64,000 nucleotides of DNA from Myxococcota bacterium (GTDB lineage: Bacteria; Myxococcota_A; Polyangia; Nannocystales; Nannocystaceae). The notes under the pieces were generated by a model. That model was not told the origin of the DNA. It ran no database searches and worked only from the letters and a program-made list of their open reading frames with translations. The stretch lies in contig JBCCHT010000018.1 of the NCBI GenBank assembly GCA_039028615.1, positions 1-64,000 on the forward strand, in the 5' to 3' direction. Positions 25,137 to 34,496 of this stretch are shown here, in pieces. Position numbers and translations under genes: made by a program. Every line of letters starts with the position of its first letter. Position 1 is the first letter of the stretch.

Positions 25137-25963
25137 TCGAACCACCGAGCCGAGTCCTGCGTCGCCATGGTCTGGCCGCGCGCAAACAGTGGGGCCAGCA
25201 CTTCCTGCGCGACCCCTCGGTACACGCCGCGATCGTCGGTGCGGCGGGCATCGGCCCGGGTGATCACGCGGTGGAGATCGGTGCGGGCCTGGGCACGCTG
25301 ACCGCCCACCTCCTTCAGACGGGTGCCGAGATCCAGGCGATCGAGCGGGACCGCGACCTGTGCGAAGTGCTGCGGGCCGAGCTCGGCTCCCACCCTCGCT
25401 TCCGCCTGCACGAGGCGGACGCGGTCGGCTTCGACTACGCGGCCAATGCCGCCGAGCATCGCACCACCGTCGTCGGCAACTTGCCCTACCACCTCACCGG
25501 GCCGCTGCTCTTTCGCTTGCTCGAGGCGCACCACCAGACCGGGCCGTGGATCGTCATGATCCAGAAAGAAGTCGCCGATCGACTCTGTGCCTCGCCGGGC
25601 AACAAGACCTACGGTGGCATCACGGTAGCCCTGTCTCGGGTGCGCGACATCGTAGGCGTGGTCAACGTGCCGCCCGGCGCCTTCCTGCCGCCGCCGCGGG
25701 TCGACTCGGCCGTGATTCGCCTCGATCCTCGCGAGACGCCGCGCGGCGAGGTGGCCAGCGAGGCGGGATACCTCTCGCTCGTGCGCACCGCCTTCCAGCG
25801 TCGTCGCAAGACCTTGATCAACGCCCTCGGGGGCGTCGGCTCTCGCGAGCAAGCCCGCGCGTGGTGCGAAGAGGCGGGCGTCGATCCGAAGCTTCGCCCC
25901 GAGCGACTGACCCCCGAACAGTTCGCTGCCCTGCAGCGCGCCCGCGAAGCCACCGGTGCCTGA
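25133..25963 (+). CDS. rsmA: 16S rRNA dimethyltransferase RsmA/KsgA
   Basis: KQWGQHFL, VEIGAGLGTLT, VVGNLPYHLT, MIQKEVADR, AFLPPPRVDSAV. GTG 25133 overlaps the tsaD stop. Confidence 0.96.
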   Translation: MIEPPSRVLRRHGLAARKQWGQHFLRDPSVHAAIVGAAGIGPGDHAVEIGAGLGTLTAHLLQTGAEIQAIERDRDLCEVLRAELGSHPRFRLHEADAVGFDYAANAAEHRTTVVGNLPYHLTGPLLFRLLEAHHQTGPWIVMIQKEVADRLCASPGNKTYGGITVALSRVRDIVGVVNVPPGAFLPPPRVDSAVIRLDPRETPRGEVASEAGYLSLVRTAFQRRRKTLINALGGVGSREQARAWCEEAGVDPKLRPERLTPEQFAALQRAREATGA

Positions 25964-26819
25964 GCTTCCCGAGGTCGAGTCGGTCCGCCGCAGCCTGGTG
26001 CGTGCCAAGCTGCGAGCACCGATCGTTGGCTTGTGGCGCAGCGAGCTCGACCTGCGCACGGGCACGCTGTGGCGGGACGAGCGACTGGCTCAGCTCCGCG
26101 GGTGCACGCCCAAGCGTTGGCTCCGCCGCGGCAAGCACCTGCTGTGGCGACTCGACGGCCCAGACGATGGCGATCGCGGCCTGCTCATCCACCTCGGCAT
26201 GACGGGTCGCGTCGAGATTGCCCACCCCGGCGATGCTCGAGCCGATCATACCCACGTCGAGTTTCGTCTCGGGGACGATCGCCTGCTGCGCTTCGTCGAC
26301 GCGCGGCGCTTCGGTGGGGTGCGGGCTCGCCCGTGGGCCGACCTTCTCGCCGAGCCACCATTGTGCGACCTGGGCCCCGAGCCGATGGCCCGCGAGTTCG
26401 ACGGGGCGCACCTTCAGGCGGCGGCGGGCACGAGCCAGCGGGCGCTGCGAGACATCCTGCTCGACCAGAGCGTCGTGGCCGGCGTGGGCAACATCTACGC
26501 GGTCGAGGCGCTGTTCGTCGCTCGCCTCCATCCTCTATTACCCGCCCGTCGCCTCGGGCCCACCGCCTGGGAGCGGCTGGCCGACGCGGTCCGAGAGGTC
26601 ATCGACCAGGGCCTACGCAACGGCGGCACGACCTTCCGGGACTATCGCGATGCCGACGGCAAGTCGGGTCGCAACCAGGGGGCGCTGTGGGTCTACGGCC
26701 GAGCGGGGCAGCCGTGCCGCGAATGCGGGACCGAGCTTCGCGGCTTCACCCACGGCGGTCGAAGCGGCGTGCTCTGCCCCGAGGATCAACGCCGCCCGCG
26801 GGCACGCACCATTCGCTAG
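25956..26819 (+). CDS. mutM: Formamidopyrimidine-DNA glycosylase
   Basis: MPELPEVE, RRGKHL, HLGMTG, DARRFG, LLDQSVVAGVGNIY, C-terminal zinc-finger-like region. Confidence 0.97.
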   Translation: MPELPEVESVRRSLVRAKLRAPIVGLWRSELDLRTGTLWRDERLAQLRGCTPKRWLRRGKHLLWRLDGPDDGDRGLLIHLGMTGRVEIAHPGDARADHTHVEFRLGDDRLLRFVDARRFGGVRARPWADLLAEPPLCDLGPEPMAREFDGAHLQAAAGTSQRALRDILLDQSVVAGVGNIYAVEALFVARLHPLLPARRLGPTAWERLADAVREVIDQGLRNGGTTFRDYRDADGKSGRNQGALWVYGRAGQPCRECGTELRGFTHGGRSGVLCPEDQRRPRARTIR

Positions 26820-26829
26820 CGCGTCGGGC

Positions 26830-27666
26830 TCAGTGCTCGAGCCGACCGATGCTCTCCAGGTACTCGCGGGCCAGGTCGTCTGTCTGCAGATCGTCGGGGT
26901 GAAAGCCGGGCCGCAGGTACGAACGCATCGCGCGTAGCAATGCCTGCCGATCTTGGCCGCGGTCTTCGGCCGTCTTGCGATCGTGCCGGATCTGCTTGCG
27001 CGTGTAGCCGGGCTCCTGCTTCAGCAGGTTCTTGGTCGACGAGCGCCAGAACAGCATGAGCGCGGCGCCGCCCAGCACCATGCCGAGCATGCGAACCCAG
27101 TAGCGAGGATCGACCTGCTGCAGCACGTCGAAGGCTACCGACTTGTGCTCGATCTCCTCGGCCGCATGCCAGCGCAGCAGCTGCCGCATCTGCGGAGGGG
27201 CATTGTCGAGGAACTCGGTGGTCAGCGCGACCTCGGCCATCGACGCGGTGAAGTGCTCGAGCGCCACCGTGACCGAGAGGTTGATGTTGGGCGGCATCAT
27301 CTTCTCGAGCACGCCGTAGGCGACCTTGTCGTACCAGTCCAACCACGCCCGGACCTCGTAGCCCTGGGACTCGAGCATCTCGAAGATCTGCTCGTGCTCG
27401 TGACCGTGGCTGCCCTCTTGACCGAAGAAGCCGCGCACGCGCTTGCGGAGCACGGGGTCGGTGATCTGCGGGAGGTAGTGCTTGACGCTGCGAACGAAGA
27501 ACCGCTCGCCCGCGGGAAACAGGATGTTCAGCGCGTTGGCGCTGTGGGTGATGAACCGGTTGCCGTAAAACCAATGGCGGGGGATGTCGGCGAACGACAG
27601 GCCCATCTTGCGAACGCGGGGCACGGTGCCTTGGGGGCGGGGCGGGGACACGGATCCATCGGGCAT
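26830..27666 (-). CDS. Predicted metal-dependent hydrolase (ferritin-like di-metal family)
   Basis: LFPAGERFFV, QEGSHGHEH, LEHFT, WHAAEEIEHKSVAFD. Start trimmed to ATG 27666. Confidence 0.88.
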   Translation of the reverse strand: MPDGSVSPPRPQGTVPRVRKMGLSFADIPRHWFYGNRFITHSANALNILFPAGERFFVRSVKHYLPQITDPVLRKRVRGFFGQEGSHGHEHEQIFEMLESQGYEVRAWLDWYDKVAYGVLEKMMPPNINLSVTVALEHFTASMAEVALTTEFLDNAPPQMRQLLRWHAAEEIEHKSVAFDVLQQVDPRYWVRMLGMVLGGAALMLFWRSSTKNLLKQEPGYTRKQIRHDRKTAEDRGQDRQALLRAMRSYLRPGFHPDDLQTDDLAREYLESIGRLEH

Positions 27667-27759
27667 GGGCTCGTTCCTACGGAGGGTGACGGGTCGAACG
27701 CGGAGCTGGCGCCCTGTCGGCGGCCTTGGCGATAGCCTCGAATCGGGCGTTGGAAGGGT

Positions 27760-27832
27760 TCTTGCGCGATTCAACTGGACTTGAATCGAGTTCAACATCA
27801 TGGTTAGCACCGAGTTGAATCAGGGTCAACTC
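27760..27832. promoter_or_regulatory. Putative TetR operators in the divergent promoter region
   Basis: Palindromes TTGAA-TCGAG-TTCAA (27781-27795) and GAGTTGA-ATCAGGG-TCAACTC (27812-27832), both TTGA-N7-TCAA; a further half-site CGATTCAA ends at 27774. Confidence 0.7.
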
Positions 27833-27851
27833 ACCGGCATCATGCAGATTC

Positions 27852-28490
27852 GTGGGCACACCCCTGCGCAGTCGCCTCGACATGGGTCGCCGCCGGGCAC
27901 AGCTGCTCGAGCTCGGGCTGCGCTTGTTCGGCCGTCGTGCCTACGACGAAGTCTCCATCGACGACATCGCGGCCGAGGCCAACGTGTCCAAGGGGCTGCT
28001 CTACCACTACTTCGGGGGCAAGCGAGCGTTCTACGTGGCGGTCGTTCGCGATGCGGCCAAGGGCTTGGTGCAGGCGATCGATCCCGACCCGACGCTCGAC
28101 CCGAGCGTACGCGCCTCCGAGGGTATCGATGCGTACCTGCGCTTCGTGGAGGAGCGCGCCGATGCCTACGCGGCCCTGGTCACCGGGGGCTTGGGCGCCG
28201 ATCCGGAGATCGCCCAGATCCTCGAAGAGACCCGGCAAGAGATCGTCGGCAACATGCTCACCGGGTTGGGCCTCGACGCTCCGCGGCCCGCGTATCGCAT
28301 CGCCATGCGAGCGTGGATCGGCGGCGTCGAAGCGGCATGTGTCGACTGGCTGCGGGGTCGCGACCTGCCGCGCGACAAAGTGGTCGAGTTGTTGCTCGGC
28401 AGCCTGCAGGGTTCCCTGGCCACAGCCTATGCGGTCGATCCGGTCGAGGGCCTGGTGGTGCAGCCGCCGCGCATCGTCGAACCCGAATGA
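27852..28490 (+). CDS. TetR/AcrR-family regulator
   Basis: YDEVSIDDIAAEANVSKGLLYHYFGGK helix-turn-helix. Confidence 0.93.
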   Translation: MGTPLRSRLDMGRRRAQLLELGLRLFGRRAYDEVSIDDIAAEANVSKGLLYHYFGGKRAFYVAVVRDAAKGLVQAIDPDPTLDPSVRASEGIDAYLRFVEERADAYAALVTGGLGADPEIAQILEETRQEIVGNMLTGLGLDAPRPAYRIAMRAWIGGVEAACVDWLRGRDLPRDKVVELLLGSLQGSLATAYAVDPVEGLVVQPPRIVEPE

Positions 28491-28535
28491 CAGGGGCCTG
28501 CGCTGAATTGCGCGGGCCCGAGGTGATGTTTCGCC

Positions 28536-30398
28536 ATGCATGACGACTGGTCGATGGGTCGCCGCCTGCTAGCGTGGCCGACCGTGAACGCCTCCTTCGC
28601 TCCCGTGGCTGCGATCGCGTTGCTGTGCGCCTGCGGGCCCTCGGTGGTCATGACCGACGATTCCGACGGCGGCACGGGTGATGGCGGCGATGCCAGCGGT
28701 TCGACCGCGGACGACAGCACGGGTCCACAGTCCGACGCGGAGTTCGGCGAGGAGCAGCGCTACACGCTGCGGCTCAACGAAGACGTGCCGCCCCCGCTCG
28801 GGCTGCAGATGAACCGCGGCGAAGTCGAGGAGCTCTTCGGCGAATTCGCCGACGAAGTGCAGCTGATCGAGCTCGACCCGAGCACCATGCTCCAGGGCAC
28901 CATCGCCGCCCTTCGTCATGCGTGTGGTACCGAGTGGAGCACCGACGCTCCCGATCCCGAGTACGACTGCTCGCTCACCGCGTTGGGACAGAGCTTCGGC
29001 GAGGACGGGCAGTGGCAGCTCAGCCCCGAGTTCGCGCTCATCCGCCTGCTCACCATGACGCCGGCCAACGTCGACGTCAGCGGCTCGTCGCTTCAGCCCG
29101 TGGAGGAGACCTTCGAGTTTCCCGCGTCCCCCGAGGTGTTCTCGGACGTGCTCGCCGACGCGCTGGGCATCGCTCGCACCGATCCCATCGTGTCCAATGG
29201 AGCGCTGGTCGCTTCGCTGCACGAAAACCTCGTGCAGTCCCATCCCGCGGTGGGTGGCAGCGGCGCCCTCGAGATCACGCTGGCCGACGCCCTCGCCGAC
29301 TTCGCGCCGCTCGCCGAGCGCTACGGCGCCAGCGGTCCGCATCCCGGCTTCATCGTCGACGACGTGTACGGTGAGCTGTTCAGCCCCGCGTTCGAGATGC
29401 ACGTGGTCGCCGAGTCGAACCTGCGGATCGTCGATGGGGTCGACGCGAGCGCGGGCAAGGGATTCGCCACCGTCGTCGACGACCGGGTCGGCCCGAGCTT
29501 CGACGACGAGCTGGAGTTCGACTTCTCCGATCCCGAGCGCTTCTCCATCGACGGAGTGATCGGCGATCTGCTCATCGACATGCGCGCGGGGCTCCCCGAG
29601 GACCACGCCTTCGTTCCCTCGTGTATCGATCAGGTCCAGTGCCACGGCAACCTGCCGGGCTCACCGATGTCGTCGAACTCCGTGTGGGGGCTGGAGCCAT
29701 GGACGCTCGAGTACGTCGTGACCGCGGCGGCCCATCGCGACTACGCGGACCGCCAGTTCACGGGGGACTACGTGAACCTCGACATCTTCATCGGTGGCGA
29801 GAACCCACCCGGCTGGGTCGAATACGATCCTGGATTTGCGGTCGGAGTCGACTACGACGACCACTACATCTGGGAGGCGGTCATGGAGGTCTTCCAGATC
29901 CGCTTGCACGATACGCCTCTCGGAGCGATTCCCGAGGGCGGAGCCGATGTCGCGTTCACGCTGGCCGACATCCCCGTGGGGCTGACGGGCGCCGAGGTCA
30001 CCGAGGCGCTGCGGCCCCTGCTGCAAGATCAGGCCAGTCAGCTCTCCGATCTGCTGCTCGGCAATCACTCCGAGGACGACGACCCCGTCGACTTCTACTT
30101 CCGTCGCGCCAACGATGGTGCCGTCTATCTGTTCTTCGCCGCGGCCGAGCATCGACCCGAGGGCGCGGGCTACGACTACGTCGATCCCGGGTTCTTCAGC
30201 GATCCCGATCTCACCGACAAGGTCTCGGCCACGCAGATCGATGGCGTCACCGACCAGGCGCACGAGAAGGTCGCGCTCACCGTCGCCGAGACCACGCTCT
30301 ACTTCGCCGACGACACCGGTCAGACCTACCGGGCCCAGATCGAGATGGGCATGGACGACGGCGAGATCGAGGTCTCGCTCGCCCCGCGCATCGACTGA
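28536..30398 (+). CDS. Hypothetical acidic lipoprotein
   Basis: Lipobox-like IALLCAC followed by a D/G/S/T-rich tether; GC3-rich codon usage; no family recognised; start uncertain. Confidence 0.7.
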   Translation: MHDDWSMGRRLLAWPTVNASFAPVAAIALLCACGPSVVMTDDSDGGTGDGGDASGSTADDSTGPQSDAEFGEEQRYTLRLNEDVPPPLGLQMNRGEVEELFGEFADEVQLIELDPSTMLQGTIAALRHACGTEWSTDAPDPEYDCSLTALGQSFGEDGQWQLSPEFALIRLLTMTPANVDVSGSSLQPVEETFEFPASPEVFSDVLADALGIARTDPIVSNGALVASLHENLVQSHPAVGGSGALEITLADALADFAPLAERYGASGPHPGFIVDDVYGELFSPAFEMHVVAESNLRIVDGVDASAGKGFATVVDDRVGPSFDDELEFDFSDPERFSIDGVIGDLLIDMRAGLPEDHAFVPSCIDQVQCHGNLPGSPMSSNSVWGLEPWTLEYVVTAAAHRDYADRQFTGDYVNLDIFIGGENPPGWVEYDPGFAVGVDYDDHYIWEAVMEVFQIRLHDTPLGAIPEGGADVAFTLADIPVGLTGAEVTEALRPLLQDQASQLSDLLLGNHSEDDDPVDFYFRRANDGAVYLFFAAAEHRPEGAGYDYVDPGFFSDPDLTDKVSATQIDGVTDQAHEKVALTVAETTLYFADDTGQTYRAQIEMGMDDGEIEVSLAPRID

Positions 30399-30410
30399 GT
30401 TCGCGTCCGC

Positions 30411-31586
30411 CTACGACCCGCGGAAGGCCCGGTGCAGGGCCTGGGTCAGGCCGTCGACATCGTCGGCATCACAAAAGAAGGTCGCGCGCAGCGGCGAGGT
30501 GGCCATGGCCTTGATCACGATCCCCGCGCCCGCGGCCACCGAGCGTGCCCGCGCGAGCTTGGCCGCGTTGCGCCCGAAGAAGTCGCCCACGATCGACACC
30601 GCGCCGCAGCCTTCGTCGATCTCGACCTGACCCATCAGCTTGCCTCGCACGCGACCCCAGTCGGGCACGTCCGTGGGCGAAAACCACAGGTCGGCGATCT
30701 CGTGGTCGGCATCGAGGTGCAGCACGGGCAGCGAGGCGTCGGCCGCGACCGACAGCATGTGATCCATGCTCTGGCTGATCCGCGCCCGCAGCCGCACCAA
30801 GTTGCGCATCCCGGCTACGCCCGTGATCGGGTGCCCTTGCTCGAAGTTCTCGGGGCGATCGATCCGCGTGCCTCCGCCTTCACCCGCGGTGGCCCGGGCC
30901 CACAGTGCGATGCCCGTCCGTCGGGCGAACTCCACCGACTCGGCGTGCAGCACCTTCGCCCCGTGCGAGGCCAGCTCGAGCATCTCGTCGTGCGAGATGG
31001 CCTGCACCAGCGCGGCCGCATCCACCACGCGGGGATCGGCCGAGTACACCCCGTCGACGTCGGAGCAGATCTCGCAATACTCCGCCCCCAACGCCCCAGC
31101 CAACGCCACCGCCGTGGTGTCCGAGCCGCCGCGACCCAGCGTGGTGACCTCGCGCTTGTACGACACGCCCTGGAACCCGGCCACGATCACGACCTTGCCG
31201 TCCTCGAGCTCGTCTTGGACTCGGAAGGGCCGCACGTCGATGATGCGCGCCCCCGAGTGCCGGCTGTTGGTCATGATCCCGCACTGCGACCCGGTCAGCG
31301 AGATCGCCTCGTGTCCGAGCTCGTGGATCGCCATGGACAGCAACGCCATCGAGGCTCGCTCACCGCACGACAGCAGCATGTCGAGCTCGCGCCGCGATGG
31401 CGACGGCGAGATCTCCTTGGCGCGCGCGAGCAGCTCGTCGGTGGTCTTGGCCATGGCCGACACGACCACCACCACCTGGGCGCCGTGCTTCTGGGTCTCG
31501 ACCACGCGGCGCGCGACGAGCCGGATCTTCTCGACATCGGCGACCGAGGAGCCCCCGTACTTCTGGACCACGATGCGCTGGTGCAT
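30411..31586 (-). CDS. lysC: Aspartate kinase
   Basis: [49 protein letters not shown]-like C-terminus. Confidence 0.93.
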   Translation of the reverse strand: MHQRIVVQKYGGSSVADVEKIRLVARRVVETQKHGAQVVVVVSAMAKTTDELLARAKEISPSPSRRELDMLLSCGERASMALLSMAIHELGHEAISLTGSQCGIMTNSRHSGARIIDVRPFRVQDELEDGKVVIVAGFQGVSYKREVTTLGRGGSDTTAVALAGALGAEYCEICSDVDGVYSADPRVVDAAALVQAISHDEMLELASHGAKVLHAESVEFARRTGIALWARATAGEGGGTRIDRPENFEQGHPITGVAGMRNLVRLRARISQSMDHMLSVAADASLPVLHLDADHEIADLWFSPTDVPDWGRVRGKLMGQVEIDEGCGAVSIVGDFFGRNAAKLARARSVAAGAGIVIKAMATSPLRATFFCDADDVDGLTQALHRAFRGS

Positions 31587-31706
31587 GAGCAGACCCACCA
31601 ATAGGGCAGGTTTCGCGGTCCGACAAGCGGCAGCCCGTGCTCACGGCAAGGCCGGCCAAAACCGCCTCCGAGCCGGGGCGGGCGTTCGCCTGTCGCGCTG
31701 CGTTCG

Positions 31707-32768
31707 TCAGTCGCGGGGGTGGGCGTCGAAGAAGTCGAGCACGGTGTCGCCCCAGTGCAGGTCGGTCGGCTCGACGCACGCATACGACAGCAGCTGCCCG
31801 GTCGCATCGCCGGGGTCGTCGCTGCCCGGGAAGCAGTGCCCGCCGAGCACGATCAGGTTCGCGGCCGCGTACTCGTGGGTGATGAACTCGAACACCGTGC
31901 CGTCGTCGCCGGTATGTCGGGTCCAGCGATACTCTTCGTTCTCGGTCAGCACTTCTTCGTCGCCCAGGGCGTAGGCGGCCACCACCGCGTCGCGGCGAAC
32001 GGGTGCACAGGCATAGGGCACGAGCACATCGCTGGTGCCGTGGATGAACAGGATGTCCACCGACTCGGCCGGCGCCTTGTCGGCGGTGAACAGACAGTCA
32101 CCGAGCGGGTCGGCTCCACAGGCCGCCGCGGGGGCCACCGAGGCGAGGACGTCGGCGTGCTCGCACACCGCACGCCAGGTCATGTAGCCGCCCTGCGAAA
32201 ACCCGGTGAAGTGCAGGCGGTCGCGATCGACATGGAAGGCGTCGGCCATGCGCAGCATGAAGTCGAAGACGGGGCCGTCGTCGATGCCCGGGTTCCAGCT
32301 CGACGCGGGCGGGGCCGGGTTGGCGTTGGGCTGCACCACGATGTAGCCCCGCTCGGCGCCCCGCTCTCGCATGTGGGTATTGGCCTCCTGCATTGCCCCG
32401 TTCATCGTGAAGCCGTGCACGTCGAAGATCAGGCCGCAGGCTTGCTCGAGGCACGCGGGGGGAATGGTGACGTCGTAGCTGAAGTCGCCGCACTCGTAGA
32501 CGTGATCGCCGGCCGAGACGTCGTCGATGCACTCGTCGGCGATCGGATCGGGGAAGCCCCCGCCGCTCGATCCCTCCGACGACCCTTCGCTCGTGTCCGC
32601 GGCGCCGCCGGTCGTACCGTCCGTGACCGAGCCCGAGGTGTCGCCTTGCGGCGTGGCGCTCGAACTCGAGCCCGAGCTGGATGCGTCCGAGTTCTCGTCC
32701 TCGCCCCCGGGGTCCGCGGGGCAGGCGGTGAGCAGCAACAGGGCGGAGGCCGCGATGGAGGATCGCAT
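31707..32768 (-). CDS. Lipoprotein esterase (alpha/beta hydrolase, PHB-depolymerase/LpqC-like)
   Basis: Lipobox LLTAC, Ser-rich linker, DVHG, nucleophile GFSQGG, IHGTSD..VP, GGHCFPG. Confidence 0.82.
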   Translation of the reverse strand: MRSSIAASALLLLTACPADPGGEDENSDASSSGSSSSATPQGDTSGSVTDGTTGGAADTSEGSSEGSSGGGFPDPIADECIDDVSAGDHVYECGDFSYDVTIPPACLEQACGLIFDVHGFTMNGAMQEANTHMRERGAERGYIVVQPNANPAPPASSWNPGIDDGPVFDFMLRMADAFHVDRDRLHFTGFSQGGYMTWRAVCEHADVLASVAPAAACGADPLGDCLFTADKAPAESVDILFIHGTSDVLVPYACAPVRRDAVVAAYALGDEEVLTENEEYRWTRHTGDDGTVFEFITHEYAAANLIVLGGHCFPGSDDPGDATGQLLSYACVEPTDLHWGDTVLDFFDAHPRD

Positions 32769-32787
32769 GAAGCGATCCTAACGCCTC

Positions 32788-33345
32788 TCAGGCTGCGTCG
32801 GGGATCGCGTCGTCGTGCGTGGTCGTCGCTTCGTCCGAGAGCGTGGGCTCTTCTTTGCGCGAGGGCTTCGGCATGGGCCGGATCCAGTGGACCCCGACGA
32901 GCACCGCCATCAGCACGAGGACCGCGATCGAGCCCAGTCCCAGCCAGTACGCTTCTTCCGCGAGGCCTTCGGCGCGCACCATCCGGTCGTAGGGGGCCTG
33001 CGCGATGCGGTCGACCCGGGCCCACGCGTCGTAGACCGAGGGCAGCGCGACCATGCGCAGGACTCCCGTGCTGCCGACCGCCAATAGGGCCAAGGTCATC
33101 GCGAGGCGCGAGCGCAGCCACTGCGGGGTGAGCCCCACGAGCAAGACCGAGCTCACCAGCGCCAGCTCCACGCAGCGCAGGTGCACGGGGGCCACCGCTC
33201 GCGTCAGCAGGTTGGCGTCGATGAGCCCGTGTTGGCTCTCGAGCCCCGGCAGCACGACCAGCTGACCCACGACCATCGCTCCGAGAGCGGTGGCGAGGGC
33301 GACAATTCCCAAACTGGCGGCGAAGCGTCGCACGAGGGCAACCAA
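32788..33345 (-). CDS. Hypothetical 4-TM membrane protein
   Basis: Four hydrophobic segments; co-oriented with the esterase. Confidence 0.6.
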   Translation of the reverse strand: MVALVRRFAASLGIVALATALGAMVVGQLVVLPGLESQHGLIDANLLTRAVAPVHLRCVELALVSSVLLVGLTPQWLRSRLAMTLALLAVGSTGVLRMVALPSVYDAWARVDRIAQAPYDRMVRAEGLAEEAYWLGLGSIAVLVLMAVLVGVHWIRPMPKPSRKEEPTLSDEATTTHDDAIPDAA

Positions 33346-33491
33346 TCACGAGGCCGCGACCACCCGCCAATTTCCGACGAAGCGGTTGCCGATGTCGCCC
33401 GACGGGCGCTGCAAATTTTCGACGAAATGGCGGTCGTCGCTCGCGGTGGTGCGCCGGTCTTGCGGGGATCGGCGCGGTCGCTGCTACGCTG

Positions 33492-34496
33492 ATGCTCGTG
33501 ACCCTTCGTCGACGCGCATGGCTACGAGGTGCAGGTGCCGGTCTCGGCTTGGCGAGCTACGGGCTCGGCGTCCCCGGCTTGCCCCTTCGCCGCGCGCAGG
33601 CTTCGATGGCACCGCGAGAGACGGTGCTCGAAGAAGCCAAGTCGCCGTACAACCACATCGTGATCGCCGAGAACGGCGACATCGTCACCATGTACTTCGT
33701 GGTCGACGGCGTGTTCTACATCGAGTCGCGGCTCGACCGTAGTCACCCCAAGAGCCTCGACCTCGACTACACCCGCACCATGATGGCGGGCTTCCTGCTC
33801 CAGCCTCGGCCCAAGCGTCTGTTGATGATCGGCTTCGGCGGGGGGCAGATCAGCAACTACTTGTTCGAGCGGGTCCCCGACCTGGAGATCGACGGCGTGG
33901 ACATCGATCCCGAGGTGATCCGCCTGGCTCGCAAGTACTTCGACGTCCCCGAGAGCCCGCGCTACCGGACCCATGCCGCCGACGGTCGGCTCTTCGTGGA
34001 GAAGGCCGCGCGCGAGCCCGGCTGGGACATGATCTTGCTCGATGCGTTCCGCGGGGTGTTCGTGCCGCTGCACCTCAAGACGCGCGAGTACTACCAGGCC
34101 TTGTACGAGCACCTGTCGCCCAAGGGCGTGGTCGTGGCCAACCTTCATAACGGCACGCCCATGTACAAGCACGACCGCACCACCTTCGCCGACGTGTTCC
34201 CGCACGGCTATGCGTTCCATACCGAGCGGGGGCGCCAGACCGTGTATGTGGCCTCGGCCGACAAGGAGATCGCCAACACCTACGAGATGCGGGCGAATGC
34301 CGTGAAGGCGCAGCCCGCCTTCGACTTCGACATTCGCGGGATCTCGTCACGCTGGTATCTCGAGGAGGACTGGGACAAAGAGCGCGCCCAGGTCCTGCAC
34401 GACGACTTCTCGCCCGAGAAGCTCGAGCAAGGCATCGATCGCCACAACCAGATCTGCGACGGCGAAGACTGCGACTACGCCTACCCCACGCGCTAG
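33492..34496 (+). CDS. Spermidine-synthase-like SAM-binding protein with Tat-type signal
   Basis: SPYNHIVI, LDLDYTRTM, LMIGFGGG, VDIDPEV, DGRLF, ILLDAF; N-terminal RRRAWL..AQA. Confidence 0.82.
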   Translation: MLVTLRRRAWLRGAGAGLGLASYGLGVPGLPLRRAQASMAPRETVLEEAKSPYNHIVIAENGDIVTMYFVVDGVFYIESRLDRSHPKSLDLDYTRTMMAGFLLQPRPKRLLMIGFGGGQISNYLFERVPDLEIDGVDIDPEVIRLARKYFDVPESPRYRTHAADGRLFVEKAAREPGWDMILLDAFRGVFVPLHLKTREYYQALYEHLSPKGVVVANLHNGTPMYKHDRTTFADVFPHGYAFHTERGRQTVYVASADKEIANTYEMRANAVKAQPAFDFDIRGISSRWYLEEDWDKERAQVLHDDFSPEKLEQGIDRHNQICDGEDCDYAYPTR

